A stretch of 64,000 nt of DNA from Tubulanus polymorphus (lineage: Eukaryota > Animalia > Nemertea). The DNA lies in assembly GCF_964204645.1 (NCBI RefSeq), contig NC_134026.1, positions 9,757,950 to 9,821,949 on the forward strand, given 5' to 3'. Below are positions 11,074-43,645 of this stretch, piece after piece. A model generated the notes under the pieces. It made no database searches. It worked only from the letters and a program-made list of their open reading frames with translations, and had not been told where the DNA came from. Position 1 is the first letter of the stretch. The number at the start of each line of letters is the position of its first letter. Both the position numbers and the translations under genes were made by a program.

Positions 11074-11509
11074 AGCATGTTTCCTCTGTCCATTTGAAAT
11101 CCTGCTCTTTATTCATAATCTACAGCTCATAATTGCAATTTTCATTGCTCATTGCAATTTTCCAGTAGGTCTATGTAGGCATAGTAAACACCGCACTATC
11201 TGAGGAGTGCCCTCGTGTCTCCTGCACATCACCTTATGATTCTATATCAGATGAACCAGTAATACAATCAACATACGTTTTTTCACTAGTAGTAGGAAAT
11301 CTTATTGCCCCTTGAGATGAAGGGGTAAATGTAGCTCAAACTTACATTTTCTCTAAACTGCGCAATAAGATTGCCTTAAAATTCTTTACAGTGGAACCAG
11401 ACAGCACTGGCTTTTTTGGCTCTGGTCTAGTCCCTTGGCACCAGACTGCGCAAGCAATTCACTAGCACATCAGTCGAACCCATTGTCTCTATTAGGTTGT
11501 TCAGCTGAG

Positions 11510-12852
11510 CTTGCAGCCCAAAAACTGGCCTGTCAGAATCAAGAGGGCCGAATGGCAGCCATTGTTGTTCGCTAAAATCTGCACTTTTTACACATTTTTG
11601 AAGTTTTCAAGGGAAATTTTAAAGACGCTTCAATCGATTATCATGGTCTTTTATGTATGTTTGTGTCCCACCACGTCCCATCAGCCTAACGAAAATTGGG
11701 TCTAAAGGACACAAGATGGCCATTCCTTATGTTTTGTTATTTCTCATCGAAATTTGTGATAGTATATTTAATTGAAGGGATCTTCAACATATGAGACCGG
11801 TTTTTCCGAATCAGTCAATTGTCACATGATTGGCAGCCATCTTGGCAAGGTTAATAATAATAATAATAATAATGATAATAATAATAATGGTCGGCTGTTT
11901 AATAATGGAATAATATTAATTCCTTCTTTGTGGAAAATTCCTTTAAGGTTTTAATTATAGTCATGATATATTTTATTATTGTTCATTATTACTATTCATT
12001 ATAATAGGACACATCTCTTGACATGGAACTGGGATAACCCAGTTCTTTGTTTTCATCACCAGAGGATTGAATTTTGAATCATGTGCAATTTGTCTATTTA
12101 CAGTCATCCCCGATATACGGCCCACATCGATGCAAAATGATTTTGGAGAGTATGGGGGTATATCGTGTGTTTTACTATGTATTTGTATAGAGATGTACAT
12201 AGAGAAAACCTTAGGCGGGGGTGGCGGTATATGGGAGGGCAGTATATCGGAGTTGACTGTATATTGGTACCTATGCACACCTTGTAACCACAGTCAATTG
12301 CAAAATTGGAGCTCATGACATGTTCTATGAATGAGTATTTATCTTTGTATTTTTTTTACTCTTAGTCCTTCGTTTTGATGAAAAAGTCCTTCCAAATTTG
12401 ATTTTCATGTATTTTTCACTCGCAATTCTGTCACAAATTCAACAGTTTTTTTTTAATGGGAATAATTGACCTGAAATATGTCTTTTTCATGGTGAAGGCA
12501 TTGCAAAAATACCTTCTTATGGGACCTCATTTTACTGGAAGGTACTTCTTTCTCAATCAAAAAATCCTGCCTTTTGGGTATAAAATTGCCATAAAAGTCC
12601 TTCTTAGTACTTCTTTTTATCCTGGCCTTACCACTGGAAACCCTGAATTAATTAATTTGTTATTATCTTTGTCATATTTTGTTACTACGGTTATAGTTCA
12701 TAACATGTTCTATGATTGTGATGAAAAGTGTCAAAGTCATTGGTTTCACTGATCGTATCTTCACCAAGGGTAATCGAATATTGATATCATCAGATTGTCG
12801 AGCATTTCAGCCAACTATTCCAAGTGGGAATGATGTCCCTGGGCCCCTAGTT
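11510..12852 (+). mobile_element. Degenerate HINE copy (opposite orientation to the 27.3-kb copy), with secondary insertions
   Basis: 11513-11730 is the reverse complement of ~28150-28370. 12690-12780 resembles the 154-bp unit. It ends AAGTGGGAATGATGTCCCTGGGCCCCTAGTT at 12852. Confidence 0.65.
12101..12259. mobile_element. Tc1/mariner-pogo type MITE
   Basis: TA|CAGTCATCCCCGATATAC ... GTATATCGGAGTTGACTG|TA. Confidence 0.65.
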
Positions 12853-12975
12853 ATATCCCAATTCTGCATGTAATGAGTAATGAGCCATTGTTACTCCATA
12901 ACTGTCCCAATAAATCTGCTTGCTTTGGAGAAAATTGATTTGTCCTGCAAGAAATCTGCTCTCTAGTTCTTTAAA

Positions 12976-14256
12976 ATGGTTGTAAATAAATTCTTTTCAG
13001 CTGTTGCCGTTATGGAGAAAACTACTACCACCAGTGATGCACAACATGAAGAAGAAGTGGACGATGATACGGTTGTGGTTAAGAAGAGAAAACGAAATCG
13101 AAAGCCATCAGATAAAGCGCGGAAGCGTCCGCCTGTGAACGGGCAAAAGCGTTATTACTGTGCGTACTGTCAGTATTTTTCGAGCGAGCTTCTTCAAGTG
13201 AATAAGCATAGGATATCCGTACATGGCACCAGTATACTCCTCGATCAGAAAAAAACTACTACTACTACTAACGCTACTAGGCCAATTATGAAGAGCCTAG
13301 TTAATAATACTCCTGGTCCAAGACTAGGAAAATTGAAGTGTGTAAAATGTGATAAGATTCACTTATCTGCTTTGTATCCATGTCACGACTGTAATTATCT
13401 GGCCAGTTGTTTAAACGAGGCCTTGAAACATGTGAAAAGTGCGCACAAAAAGAGCGCATTGTTCTTGTGTCCGTTTTGCGCATGCCCATTCATTGAGATT
13501 TCAAAATTGGAACTCCATCTGCTGAAACGACACGTGACAAACGAGGAAAATCCGCTCGCATTTCTCAATCGAAAAGATGCACAGACAAATCTCAATTACT
13601 CCACACAGCAAACAAAACCTCATAAATCAATGTCGTTGTCGAACACAGAAAGTGGCAAACGTACTCCATGGATACGAGTGCTGAGGAAGTATACTTGTTC
13701 TAAGGGCGGTTGTAAGTACGCGGATTATTCGTTGTTGGACTCGGTTCAGCATGAAAAAGAGCACATCTATGAAAACTTCTGGTTGCCCTATTGCCTGCAC
13801 GTTTGCACGAAATGCGGTTTCGAAGCTCGTCTGCAGGCAGTGGTGACACACGTGATCGTCGACCATGGCGACGACGTGAACGAAAAAGACATCGCCGCCC
13901 ACGTCAGCTTGTTGATGTTCGAACTCGGGCGAATGTGGTTTCTGTGTCGATCGTGCGACGTCGTTTTCGACTCGATCTACGCGATCGGCGAGCACCTTGA
14001 TCTCAAACATATTGTGCCGGGATTCGATCCGACAGCGAACACGCCGCAAATGAAAGCGATGCTCGCCGAATTGTGGGCGAAACACGTGCAGGAGATTCGT
14101 AACCGCCAGTGGGACGGCAGCGTCGATTTCAACAACGAAACAAAACTGTTTGCCAGGGTTTCCGTGCCGATGTTCGATGTCGTAAAAAGTAATTTCATTG
14201 CGAGATGCATTTCGTGCTACGAATACGAGTCCACTTATGATGATTGTGAATCCTAG
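12976..14256 (+). CDS. Multi-C2H2 zinc-finger protein, probably a large exon starting at 13001
   Basis: 426-codon ORF with about six CxxC...HxxxxH/HxxxH fingers (CAYC, CHDC, CPFC, CSKGGC, CTKC, CRSC) and a basic NLS KKRKRNRK. A strong acceptor ttcttttcag lies at 12991-13000. Confidence 0.8.
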   Translation: MVVNKFFSAVAVMEKTTTTSDAQHEEEVDDDTVVVKKRKRNRKPSDKARKRPPVNGQKRYYCAYCQYFSSELLQVNKHRISVHGTSILLDQKKTTTTTNATRPIMKSLVNNTPGPRLGKLKCVKCDKIHLSALYPCHDCNYLASCLNEALKHVKSAHKKSALFLCPFCACPFIEISKLELHLLKRHVTNEENPLAFLNRKDAQTNLNYSTQQTKPHKSMSLSNTESGKRTPWIRVLRKYTCSKGGCKYADYSLLDSVQHEKEHIYENFWLPYCLHVCTKCGFEARLQAVVTHVIVDHGDDVNEKDIAAHVSLLMFELGRMWFLCRSCDVVFDSIYAIGEHLDLKHIVPGFDPTANTPQMKAMLAELWAKHVQEIRNRQWDGSVDFNNETKLFARVSVPMFDVVKSNFIARCISCYEYESTYDDCES

Positions 14257-15679
14257 AACATTTGACTCCTCAGGACCCGGTTTCACTGTCGTCGGTTTTG
14301 GTTTCGATTCATTAATTTGAATAATTGGAATTGAATTAATTTAACTTAATTTTGTAGTCAAATTGAACCCAGGTATTTTCAGGGGTAGTTATACATCATT
14401 GAAGACATCTGCAATGTTTCGGCTACATGTTTTGTCAAACTTTGATTTTGCGTATTTGTTAGTTCGTATATGAGAATATTCTTTGGGCAAAGTTCATGAA
14501 TAGTTGAAATCAGTTTTGTAACAATGAAGTTCTTCAAAATGCATCAGAAGAATGAATATATAAAACATGCTGTAAGAATTCCCGTTTCCCTTTGGAGCTA
14601 TCCCTTTCTCTAGAGGGTCGCTCCCGTCAACCACAAATATTTCTCTTAAACAATATTTCTGCCTTAATTCAGCTGCATTTCGCATAAGCCAAAGCAACAT
14701 TTTGAAGACCACCTACTATTAACTACATGGGGTTGCCAGTTATCGAGAATTCCCAAAATTCTGGGCATCTTTGAAACCTTGATTTCCCGGAGGTTCAGGA
14801 TATTCAGGATATATATTTACCAAATCTCAACTGGTTATCTATTAAATATCTTATTTTGTAGTAACAGATGTGTTTGTTGTTACTCGGCCAGGAGATAGTT
14901 GCTCAAAAGTTGATTAGAGTTAACCAGTGGTTAGTTGACAAATTGACAATTAAAATTTCATTGTTATTGTTATTATATTATTTATCCGCCAGTTATCGCT
15001 AACCAACTTTTGAGCAACTGGCCCCAGAAAAGCAAAAGTAACAAATTGAAATATAGCTGCCAAGCAGCAATAATGGGTTTTCTACATTCTGGTAATAATA
15101 TTCTAAATTTTCTTTCAATGACCTGATTTGCTACTCAAAATGCAAGCCATCCTGATTGGACCAACTCCAGCCAATCATGATAATAGCTACATGAATACAA
15201 ATATAAGATGATTAGATGATTGTAAACAAAATTGTGCAAATGAAATTATTGTGAAATTATCTATGTATAGCATTCACTTTTTATTGGTCTGTCAGAATCC
15301 AGTTATTGAGGGAAGTTTGGAAGTCTCTTTACATGAAATCAGGATTGCCCAGTTTTTTGTTCTTGCTGCCAGGGGAGTAAGATACCAATTTATGATAATT
15401 TCTCTTTAACATACTCCAATGGTTTTTGGATCAGTCAATTGTTAGCAGCTATTAACCTATAGTATTGGTATTCTATAATGGTTAAAATTGCAAGGACAAA
15501 TTAATTCACATCCAATTTAGGAATACCCAGTGTACAATACCCAGTGTATTGTTCTCCTCACCAGAGGAGTAAGTATTGAAGTATACTAACTCAATTTAGA
15601 TTGCATTTGTTTGTAATCACGCTCAATGGTAAAGTTGGCACAACATTTTCATTTTGTGACACATTCAGTTGCAAAGTTT

Positions 15680-15837
15680 GTAGCCTATGATATGCTCTAT
15701 AATTATGGTGAGTTCCAAGGCCATTACAGTAAGTATATGTTGAGCAACATATAGGGTGTTGATCATTGATATTTTCAGATTATCAAGCATTTCAGACCAC
15801 TGCCGAAGTGGGAATGGTGTCCCTGGACCGCTGGTTC
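15680..15837 (+). mobile_element. Degenerate HINE terminus
   Basis: AAGTGGGAATGGTGTCCCTGGACCGCTGGTT end motif preceded by a decayed 154-bp unit. Confidence 0.55.
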
Positions 15838-18800
15838 TTTTTGTGTGCGCTAGACTAAACACTTGAAAATCAATTATATTTTCAGTAAAGGAAATGTCGT
15901 CAATCATGTCATTTAAAATTCCATCTGTTTTCTGCAATGAAGCAAACGCATAAGCTAGTATATTATTCTGGGCCAAGATTTCGCCGAAGTTGATTTACCG
16001 TAATCATGATGAATTTGGAAATTGTTTTGAAACTCTTTGATCGCTCTGTGAAACTGGTCCACCTAAAATCTGTATCAGCCTATATTAGGTAAGGTTATAT
16101 TAGGTTAGGCTTACATATTATATATGTTATGTGAAAAGCTCACTTTTAGAGCAGTATAATTTCGCACTTTGTTGAAGTGGTTTAAAATCGATTTTCGTAT
16201 CTCATCATGTGGTCAGTTGATATATTTTACTGCAGTCAAACTCCATTTAAGTCATCATTGTTTAAGTCATCACATCATTATTTTTCATTCCTTTGGATAA
16301 GTGATTAACATAATGATGCTGATAATGCATGATTAGCTATGACGACTTAAACAAGATTCAATGTGTAACGATTGCACTGTAGCTCACTAACCAGTGTTGT
16401 TTATTTACTGTTACTAGTACACATTATGTTGAGACAAATCGGTCTGACAAGAAGTTTGACTTCAATTCAGCTCTTTTCCCATATGATGTCTGGTCAATCT
16501 ATGACTTCTTCCAAACCTGCATATCATACATCGGATCTAACTATGTAATGATACAAACCTGCTCATAATTAGGTATTACATTGAACTCAGTCAATATTTT
16601 TGTCTGAAGTGTGATTTAATTTTTTTCTAATATTCTATATAGGAAAAATCCTGATCAGTTGCCCATTCAAAGTCATTACGAGTTTGTGAGTAGTGGTATT
16701 ATACAGAATTTGGGGACCCTTCGGTTAAATCAAGATTATTTCCAATATTTGAACCTTCAGCATTTAATAAAACCTTGTAAAACAGGGTTTCAAATGTGTG
16801 CTTGCAATTATTTGAAAATCTGTCTCAATTGTACGACTCGCCCTGCATTTATTTACTATAGTTTGGTATTTTAGTATCGTATAAAATGTTTATTGATAAC
16901 TCAGCATCTGTAAGCATGAAGATTGTAGTATTTATGTCGTAGCTACAAGTATTTTAGAATATAAGACACTTGATTGTGTAGTGGTTTAATTATAACTTTT
17001 TTGTTACATTCTTGTTTTCGTACGTCCTCTCATACACACAAAGATTCTGAAGAAAACGATATACGTTGAAAATTCTATGCTCACGTGGAAAGATGTTTGC
17101 TACTGGAGCTCATGCATTGCCAATGGTCCCATCATGAACAGAAGTCTGATCCCTTCTTTGGCAGTGTCCTTTTCACCATCTATATCTTGTACGACAATTT
17201 CAAAGTCGAAACCCCTGCTTTATCGCGGCAGGTGCGGTGGGTCTGTAAGGGTCACCAACACATGTGTAGGCCTACCGGTAAATATAATAAAAAGTGTACA
17301 ACTCCTGTTCATTAATAGTTCACCTGCTTGTTCATCATCCCCCGAAATGACAATCCTGAGAGTCAACAAAGTATACACACTATTGACTGTAACATCATAT
17401 AATAGTACGGTACACCAGAATTTATCTTCTTAAATACAACATGTAGCGTGTATGTATCTTTTATACTGTGTAGGATGCGCATATCATTTCATAGCACTAG
17501 CTTTACTGCTACTGACTCGTGGAAATAGTGCAGATCTTCACATTGCCAACAACATGTTGATTTCTATAGCTTAACAGCATCAATTTACAAGCAATTTGAA
17601 AAAGTGCACGGCCGTGGATTCTTAAAGAATCCTCCTAATCCCTTGCAAAATTAGAATCCAGTATTAGACATCAGTTAAAAATCTTGATTAAGAAAGGGTA
17701 AAGCTCTTAACGTATTTCATTTGATAACAGAAAAAAGATGATACAGTAGACATGTGATAATCACAAACGGGTATCTACTGCATATTCTTAACTGCCGACC
17801 ACAAAATGTATCAACTATCAAGATAACAGACTGGAAACATTGTTGACGAACGATCATTTGCGATATAATGTGTTTTCTATGAGTTTGAATAGGACTGTTC
17901 TAGGATTTCATTGGTGTTATGGTGGAGAGTGAGCGGTGGTATAACAAGAGCTATCTACACACCAAATGAATGTGTGCACAATTAGCGATAGGTGAATTTG
18001 GCCGTATTACCGATGGCGGGCTTTAACTGTACATGTATCTGCATAGAGCAATCAAGATTAAGACGCCCATCGGTAAGAATACGTGTCTCAAAAAAGTAGA
18101 ACTTCATCTCAGTGCCCAGAGACAAAGGTCTATATGAAGTAAATAGCCCGGTAATACAGATCTGGGCAAGATTTTCATTTTGTTAAGTCACCAATACATG
18201 ACCATTACAGACTGCAAAGCGGGGACAGACTTACTTTTTTTGACTAGTCAAGACAGTAGAAATTCTTTATGATAAGAATTTATTCAGGCCTGTAGCCAGC
18301 ATGGCCCTTGGAGGTTCCGTTTTCAAGAAACTTTTATGAGGTGCAAAGGCACGTCAGGGTCCTGTGAGTGCTCCCCAGAAAATCTTATCAATTCAGATGC
18401 AGAGAAATAGTTTCCGGACATATTGGGGTGAAATCTGATGAACAATCAAATGACTGGTTCCCGGAGAGTATTTAGTTTTCCTGCAATTTGGCCTTGATTC
18501 AAGTATGTACAGTGTATGTTAGAAAGCATAATTTGAACGAGAACCAGCAAGTGTCATTGATGACTGTTTTTTTTCAATCCATGCTCAAATTGTTTATTCA
18601 TAGCCCTACAGGCCTGCTACTGGCCTTTATTCTAAGCAGATAGATCACTCTAGGTTTTTCCTCGGAAAAGCAGATGCAAAAGACAAAAATGCCAAACGGT
18701 GAACTCACTCAATCTTTAGCCGACAAATCTTTATTATTTTCAAAGAAAGCTTATGAAAAACAAGTGCATCTGTGCTATTTTTTAGTTACAGTTCCCATTA

Positions 18801-21339
18801 ACAGTCAAATCACAAATATTCATATATTTGCAGATATGAAAGTCACAAAATAGATTTTCAGATCAATGGTAAAATTACAACTTACTAGAAAACATTTGAG
18901 CTAAATTTACTTAATTCTATTACGATTTCAATTAAATTCATATGTTCATGCACAGCTGAATAATGTAGTAACATCAGTGATCAAGCACCAACAGTAAGGC
19001 TTAATATTGAAATGAAATTTAGATATCATTAACGCTCTTGTTAATCACAGAAATATTGCGTAATCATCACTAAAAGAAGTGTTCACATATCTTTCATAGG
19101 AAATATTTACTAATGCATACAAACTTTCGAGCCTTAGATTTAACAACCATTATCGTATATACAATTAACATTACACTAAAATTAGATTTGAAAAAGTGGA
19201 AAAGCTTAACAATCAACATGCAGCAGAACATACATATATAAATACTGGACAGAATGTTGTAGAAATGTAATGAAATTAGTAAGTCCTCAATTGAAGCATG
19301 GATTCAAGTGGAATTAGCTTTATTTCCTTAGAACCTGCATAATTCGAATCATTTTGTCCAAAGAAATTTATCCAATTTATGAGAAATCAGGATTAAATGT
19401 AATATTTTACATACATTGATTAATGTATAGATGGGCCGTAAATCATACTACAAATAATATGTGAATTACCGGGGTAGATGAAAATTGGGATTACACGGGC
19501 GTGACTGTCATAATGTACAGTAAACTACCAATGATCAGTAGAGACTGATGATTTGGTATTCACAACCCAGCAAATTCTTCACATCTATCTAATTGCCTGA
19601 TGAGGATATCGACATTATATATGTACAGACCCGCAGAGTTATATGAGCGGTGTTGATCTTTTCAAGTTACCCAGCAAGTATTTAGTAGGGCGATCAACAT
19701 CATAAGCTTGCGCTCAGTCAGTCAGGCGATTAAGATTCACCAACATTTTTAGTTTTTCAGCCAAGCACTGCCATAAAAAATAGGAAATGGTCGATCGATT
19801 CAACATATGGACAATTGAATTGAAAAATTAGAATAGGCCCTATTATATGTCCATCTTTGGTCAGATGACAAGTAAGCGCTTGTTACCTTTGTGTGGAAAT
19901 GATACATGAAAGATTTTACCCAGAGTGTAGCCTACGGCAAGTTCAATAGTAATGAAGCTTATAAGTCATTCTTATTCTTTAAAGTCCCTGTTGACCTCTT
20001 AATATGATCGCTTGTCCATTCACGAGAAGTACGAGATACAAACAACTTATGTGGAGAAACATTAAGAGATTTCATCCAAATTACATGGCAGTTTTACATG
20101 CATACCGGGCAGTACAGAAAGCTACATATATCAAATCTACTAGTAAATAAGTCAATCATTTCACATTCAATAAATAATACAAATGTACAAACTGTAACTC
20201 ATTTATTTTTTCATACATTTGTCTCTGATGATTTTAAGAGGTCTTCTTTAAATATTCTCTATTTACAAAATAAATTCATATCTATATTCTTTCAATTCTA
20301 TATACAATCAGTGTGATAGCTTTATTCGTCAAAAGGTCAAGTATTGCACGTGCGAAAATAATCGATCCATTTTTTTGTGTGAAGTTTATCTTTTTAAAGC
20401 AACCAGCCGGGGTTCACAAAATATTTTACATAACAGAAATTGTACCTTTTATTCTTAATTTCTGAACAATTTACAAATCTAAACCAGGGGACCAGAAGAG
20501 TGTTACTGAAATGCTCAACAATTTGGCAATTTCAATATCCAATACAGGAAAGGGAGCATCTCAAAATTTTGATAGTTACCTCAATTAGAATAACTCGAGG
20601 AAGGGGGTGGAGGCCTCCCGCTGATTCATCACGACTGCCGAACTATCGATTTATTGCAGTGCAAGATAACATTGAATTGAATTGCAGTTTCAGGCCTTCA
20701 TGTATTACAAGCAGTGGATTTAACCGTCTCTATTTTAGATGCTGTTGGTATTTTAGATATAGCTTATTTTGTTTATAAAGTCTATTAAGTTTAATAGGTT
20801 TTCCACTTGTAATTCTGCTAATTCATTTTTCAATTAAAAGTTGTGATCGAAATACACTCGTCTTTGTCGGTGGTCTCTCATTAGAAAATCAATAGTTCCA
20901 ACTTAGGCATGTGTCTAATCAAAGGGGGGGGGGGTGGGGGGTTAAAACCAATTAGACAGTTATTCTAAATGCCGGAACTATTGAAATTTTGAGATGCTCC
21001 CTATACCACCTAGGCCAATGATGTCTTATACTTGTCCCAATCCCGAAAACCTTCGTCAGCAATTGATATTTTCCTTCAAAAGCATCTTCAAATGAGGACT
21101 GATGAAATTAGAATATAATAATTGACTGGTCTAAAAACCTAAGTAATGTATACGTATGTCATATTAATGTAACAGGCAAACCATAACTAAAAGAAGCTAC
21201 AGGCCCACAAAAATTCAGATGTACAGGGGCGTATCTAGGACTTTTGTAGGGGTAGGGTCCAGGGAAGTAAAAAGGGACCATATGAAACCGTTACTGTAAA
21301 ACCCCCCTGGACCCCTCTAAATTGGCCCCTGATATAATG

Positions 21340-21647
21340 ACTCTTTTGGGCCTACATTTGCCACAAGACAGCCATCTTGTGACTGACTAATCCAATTTTA
21401 CTTGTGACAATAGGTCCTGGGGAATACATGTACATACCAAATCTAAAGACAATTAATCAGAGTATTTTCAAAATTTCCTGAAAATTAGGGCCGGTTTTAT
21501 ATACTGGTACTATCTTGTCTACTATGAGACTGGCCCCAAGTGTATCTAGAATAGATATTGCATTTTCAAAACTTCAAAAAATTACCTGATTTCCAGGTGA
21601 AAAGTGAAAGCAATAGCCTTATGAGGTTTCATCCCAAGTGTGCTAAA
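21340..21647 (-). mobile_element. Old degenerate HINE copy
   Basis: Similar to 28135-28530, including the GAAAAGTGAAAGCAATAGCC...CCCAAGTGTGCTAAAAA end. Confidence 0.55.
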
Positions 21648-21829
21648 AAGCGGAGTTACAACATATTTTATTGTGGGTATAAAACATAGAAGCAAGACTT
21701 CTGAGGACCTTGAGTGTTTTATCTGAATTCAGAATTTAAGAAATATAATAGACTCCTCTCAAATGGATTCAATAATGATAATGGATGAATAACAAATCCG
21801 CAATCCAGTACAGGGCTAGCGGAATTGCT

Positions 21830-40101
<18,272 letters not shown>

Positions 40102-40199
40102 TTTACCCTGTTCGTGATAACATCTATCGTTTCAACGCCGATTCAATAATAAACTGAGGCAATTTTCTGAGACGCAAATCAATCCCAGATCAGCTGAAA

Positions 40200-40265
40200 T
40201 ATGGCTGATGTGACGTCACTTTGTTTTGATTTGTAGTTCCTTGAAAACGTATAGATGGCGCCGTG
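40200..40265 (-). promoter_or_regulatory. Probable BCAS3 proximal promoter with a CRE palindrome
   Basis: TGACGTCA at 40211-40218 about 110 bp upstream of the ATG. TAGATGGCGC (CTCF/YY1-like) lies at ~40252-40261. Confidence 0.4.
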
Positions 40266-43200
40266 GTATCTACGATAATTTGTGTTCTCTAATTTTATAT
40301 TCTTGAATGTCTTTATTTTAAGATATTTGAGTCAATTAAGTTCTTATGTATAATACGTGTAGAGTAAGTTTCTAAATAAAACAAATCAAATGCCATCTCA
40401 AATGTATTTCACTGTGTTAGACATAGAAGATTGAAATATTCATTTAAGCTAATTATTATGAATGTTTCATTTTTATACATGTACCGTATTTATCAATTTT
40501 TTAATTCAGATCAGTCTTGAAAACAGTTTTCAATGTCCAAGACAAAAAATGGAAATTTGATGATGTTACTGGTACTCATTTTTCCGTCTCTGGCTATCTA
40601 TACCTCATTTATACAATTGGACCTCTCTTGTCGGCGGGCTGGTTGAATAGATTGGCATTCCTTATCCAGTGCAAAATTCTCCAATTCCAATCAGTGCTTG
40701 TTGTTCTCAGTTGTGTCGGCAGGTGTCGCACTGCAGATCGACATAAGCCAGGCTTATGATGACCATGATTTGCAATGAGCTGTACACAAAAACATACTGT
40801 TTGATTGTCCAAAATGGTTCTTTATTCGACATTAGAGAGAATAGGCCTATACATAATATATAAATCTTATTAAATCTGACACAATATTGTGTTCTCTTTC
40901 TATTATTAGTAGGACATGAACCGGTATTATAAACAATGAATAATATTCAAGATTTTCACAAATGCGCTTCGCATATCATTGATTAGTTATAAGCCTACAT
41001 GTTAAAAAACTTATTGAACTTCAAATATGATGAAGTATGAAATCAAAATCCTTTCGCACCAAAAAATTGTTTTTCTCTGCATTGCATTCAGCAGATCATT
41101 GTTGTTATTTCAGAGAAGTTAGTACAAATTCTATCCGATGCAATATGTTATCGTTTGACCAAATGCCATACAAAAATGCTCATTAAGTAATAAGGCCTTG
41201 ATGATCATTAGCATTATTTCTAGAAGACTATGGTCAGAGAAATATCTTTTTATTTCCATGATTTGAAAGCAAAATACATTTCATAGTGAACAACTTTTCT
41301 ATCACAACAGAATGAGAACTGAGTGAGCAATGAGCTTCACATTGTGACTCGAGTCAAAAAGTGGTCTTAAATCTTAAGAATGGCCTCGAGTTGATAGATT
41401 GGCTATCGAACTAAGGTGGTCTTAGCCTGATCGAAAATCTAAGCCCCTGACTCAGTTCCACAAAAAAGTTGAAATTTTTGGTGTAATCGCCATTGGTAAC
41501 TTCATGTTTTCGATGAGCACATCAATTCAAACTTAAACGTTTTAGTCTTACCCGGTAAACTTTTTTTTTCGTGAAACTGGACCCAGGAGCCTAAAAATCT
41601 AGTTCAAAAGTTGCTTGAAAATTAACGAATAATATTCAGGAATGCAAGACTAACTGTTACTTGTGCAATTCGGTGGGCCAACTGAATTGACAGGAAGAAC
41701 ATTGCGAAGCGGAATTCATGCCACTCCAACCATTAACACATTATACATACAGTTCATTAAAACATTACCAATCTACCTTCTAATCTCGGTTATCTATTTA
41801 CAACACATCATTTCATGACTAGTTCTAGATTTATACACAATTCTATAAATATCTACTATATTTCGTTTCTCTCATTTAGTTACCACCACACCCCTTTAGA
41901 AGACACTGAAAACAAAACACATAAAATAGGACGTACTCTCATGATTCATGACAGATTTTCGATGAAACTGAAACAATTTTTTTAACATAATGCAACAACG
42001 TTACAACTAAACCTCTATAAATACAGCTATTTATCCGAATGCAATGATTTTGATGTACTGTATGTACCGCTATGTTGACTTATCCTCAGAAACTATTGTT
42101 TCATCGAATTATGAAATAGTAACTAATGGTCACTATGGGTAAGCAAAGGCAAGACCATCAGTAACACCTTTGAAATATCTTCATGCATCAAACAAATCAG
42201 ATCAGTATTTCCCATGACAAAATAGTCACATAACTGGAAATCAAGAGCAGTTAGCAGCTCCGAACCAAAAGACAGCAAGCTACTCTATCTAGTAGTGTAC
42301 TACATGAGCAGTCTGTTGTATCATGAATGCAATGTATCATATTATCAACACCAAGCAAATAAAACAAGACGTGTAGATTGAACATACAAATTGTAAATAT
42401 AAAATGTAATTCATATAGTATAAGCTACAATAGAGTAAATCCATTATCAATCATGCAGGGTATTAATTCTTTACACATTTTTGTATGAATTTACACATTT
42501 TTGGTCATATAGATAATCAATTACGTAAATAATATATATATATCGATATATATATATACAGACATGATTGCCCGATTCATCGTTAAGCTAGAGACACATA
42601 CCCCCAAAGTATAACATATTTAAACGATCTTGTAAATGTGTGATTATAAACAGGCAAGCAGGGGGGGTAAGAAAGAGATATTGAACTAGATTTCCAGAAT
42701 TTTTGATAGTGCCTTTGTTTTATAAGAAATTCCCTTTGATTATTAATGGGGCACTTTTTAGGAAATTTTTAGGGGTCTTATGATGTTATGGAAATGGTCG
42801 CAAGTCCAAAGTTTTGATTAAGTTTCACGGATTCCAGCAAAGCATCGAAACATAATTTGATGTTTTTGTGTTGGTATGTGTCACTAGCTAACTTAATGAT
42901 TAGGCGGTTTAAAATACAATTGTGTTAACCATTATAAAATATAACTCTCTGGATCAATATATACATATATCAGATCACGATGTTGCGGAAGGAACAGTTA
43001 ATTTTTTACCACAGTCAAAACGTCGGTACTAATTTCTATCCATGTTTTTCTTACTCTCTTCATCAAAAAACCATACACAAACAACTTTAAACCACAGATA
43101 GTCATTACAGTATAGACCTGCTACAGGTTCACGTACTAACAAATATTTCGTATACAGAATCTTGGTAATGACTGAAATACATAAGAAACCGAAAATTATG

Positions 43201-43289
43201 CCCAGATGCCTAGCATGTTCTTGTTTCGTTACGTCCAATGGTTCATGTTAAGTCCAAAAACGCCAATTCAACCTAGATTCCACTATATA

Positions 43290-43474
43290 CAGTCATACTC
43301 ACTGAAGTCGTTGTAGTAGGGACATCATTACATTGATGACTTCTCATAAACACGCCATTCATAAAGCATAGTGAATTATAATTTGAAATACAATTTGAGA
43401 CTTAACGCTTGAGACAACTTAAGAACCGGGTAATGTGACAACGTATCTCATGACTACTCAACAGAGTTTGACTG
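43290..43474. mobile_element. Degenerate pogo/Tigger-like MITE in the latrophilin 3' UTR region
   Basis: TA|CAGTCATACTCACTGAAGT ... ACTCAACAGAGTTTGACTG|TA. Confidence 0.5.
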
Positions 43475-43645
43475 TATTGATGCAATTCTTCATTTTGTGT
43501 GAGTGTGTATTTTTCATTTTCTACGCTAAAACCCAATCAGACATATTATTCAAAGGATTGTTCGCTCTACGTGGACTAGGCAGGATTCATCAGTCACGCA
43601 TAACGTGCTGAACGATGGTGCGTACATTTCATGGTGCGTTTCATT

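Noticed and set aside
11853-11888. (AAT)n tract and the poly-Asn ORF over it
   Set aside because: An ordinary microsatellite; the ORF is spurious.
13627-14286. 219-aa minus-strand ORF
   Set aside because: Antisense shadow of the GC-rich part of the zinc-finger exon; no recognisable motifs.
17085-17360. Exon-like segment with possible splice sites on the minus strand
   Set aside because: All frames contain stops, and it could not be linked in phase to BCAS3 or another gene.
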